From Octopus sinensis (Eukaryota), in assembly GCF_006345805.1 (NCBI RefSeq), contig NC_043006.1, positions 37,696,001 to 37,760,000 of the forward strand: DNA of 64,000 nt. The letters are read 5' to 3'. Under the pieces are notes generated by a model that had not been told where the DNA came from, did no database searches, and was given only the letters and a program-made list of their open reading frames with translations. Both the position numbers and the translations under genes were made by a program. Positions 62,710 through 64,000 of this stretch are shown in pieces; within the stretch, counting starts at the first letter, position 1, and each line of letters opens with the position of its first letter.

Positions 62710-63090
62710 CATCATCATCATCATCATTATCGTTTAACATCCGCTTTCCATGCTGGCATGGGTTGGACGGTTTGATTGAGGGCTGGCAAGCCAGGAGGCT
62801 GCACTAGGCTCCAATCCAATCTGGCAAAGTTTCTACAAATGGATACCCTTCCTAACGCCAACAACTCTGAGAGTGTAGTGGATGCTTTTTACGTGCCACC
62901 GGCACGAGGGCCAGTCAGGCGGTACTAGCATCAACCACGTTTGAATGGTGCTTTTTATGTGCCACTGCCACTGGAGCCAGTCAGGCAGCGCTGGCATCGA
63001 CCATGCTTGAATGGTGCTTTTTACATGCCACCGGCACAGGACCAGTCAGGTGGCACTGGCATTGACCATGCTCGAATGGTGCTTTAATTA
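62710..63090 (-). mobile_element. RTE-tail-derived element with ~60-bp subrepeats
   Basis: (CAT)n tail, RTE 3' end, three subrepeats. Confidence 0.8.
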
Positions 63091-63529
63091 AAATTCAATG
63101 GCCACTTTTATCCCTTAATGGGGTTATTTTAACCTCTAATTAAATTGAATTATATATATATATGAGTGTGTGTGTTTGTTCTTCAACTACTTGATAACTG
63201 TTGTTGGTTTATTTGCATTCCTGTAACGACCAAGAAAATAAGTACCAGGCTTTAATTAGCAAAAACAAGTACTGGGGTTGACTTGTTCAACTAAAACCTT
63301 TCAAGGTGGTGCCATAGCAAGGCCACACTCTGAGGACTGAAACAAGTAAAAGATAAAAAATAGCTGGTTTGCTTGATTGAGACTGATTTGATGAGGGGGC
63401 GGGGGAGGGGGAGGAACTAAACAACAAAGAGAGAGGGAAAGAACATTGTCACTTACATAGCAATATGAATATCCAGCAGGACTTGGCACAGCGTTAAAAA
63501 CAGAGAGTTAAGGCAGAGAGCAGGTCTGT

Positions 63530-63715
63530 TGTATAATTTGGTTTTGTGCAATTTACGGAAAGGTGTGCCTTTCAGTTGGAGAATTGAAAAGGCATGTCAA
63601 AAGACTTCATACTGTGGCACCTGTTCCCTCTGTCAGACAGCACAGCTGTGCATTATGCAATAGAATGTGCAAATCTTTGGCCAGGCTCAAGAATCATACA
63701 AGGGCCTTACATTTT
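63530..63715 (+). pseudogene. Relic of tandem C2H2-like fingers, probably a LINE C-terminus
   Basis: GKVCLSVGELKRHVKRLH...CALCNRMCKSLARLKNHTRALH; first finger frameshifted. Confidence 0.5.
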
Positions 63716-64000
63716 ATCATCAATGACCCATTTCAATGATTCTTTCTAGCAATGGCTTTGCTCGTATATGAGAAAGTAGCTAGCTATATACATACATGCA
63801 TATTAAAAATAGAAATATTACATTTCTAAATCTCTCAAAGAGAGATATGCAGTAACAGCACAATAAAGTGATGGATGGTTGCCAACATAATGTGGCAGTC
63901 CCAGGAAAGGGAGGAATATTACTGTTATTTACTCCCAAGAAACATTGCTTCTAGCTGGCTATGCAACACACATTCTGCACTTTCACCCAGCAAAACCCAG

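Overview
AT-rich, repeat-saturated eukaryotic DNA. The SINE families, microsatellite load and RTE LINE are typical of an octopod cephalopod; this is inferred from repeat content, not searched. One gene is well supported: a minus-strand C7orf25/UPF0415 (DUF1308) homologue with exons 47630-46456, 36929-36745, 34421-34341 and 29803-~29723 and consistent splice phases. Its N-terminal exons were not located, and the largest exon is one base short of frame. The rest is a near-complete RTE-clade LINE (about 22.0-27.2 kb) with a PHD finger inside the RT region, Tc1 and mariner remnants, two non-autonomous Helitrons, an R4/Dong-like relic, many tRNA-derived SINEs and microsatellites. The most unusual signal is a ~470-bp fold-back element present twice in introns of the gene (36069-36538 and 47704-48179). 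Each copy has a 13-bp TSD, two inverted arms each built from a tRNA-like Pol III head plus a minimal type I hammerhead ribozyme motif, and a 34-36-bp unpaired tail. This is Penelope-like insertion architecture on a SINE-like unit. Also notable is an inverted intronic copy of part of a coding exon (50256-50464), a possible dsRNA/ADAR partner. Nearly all ORFs in the supplied track are microsatellite or repeat artefacts.
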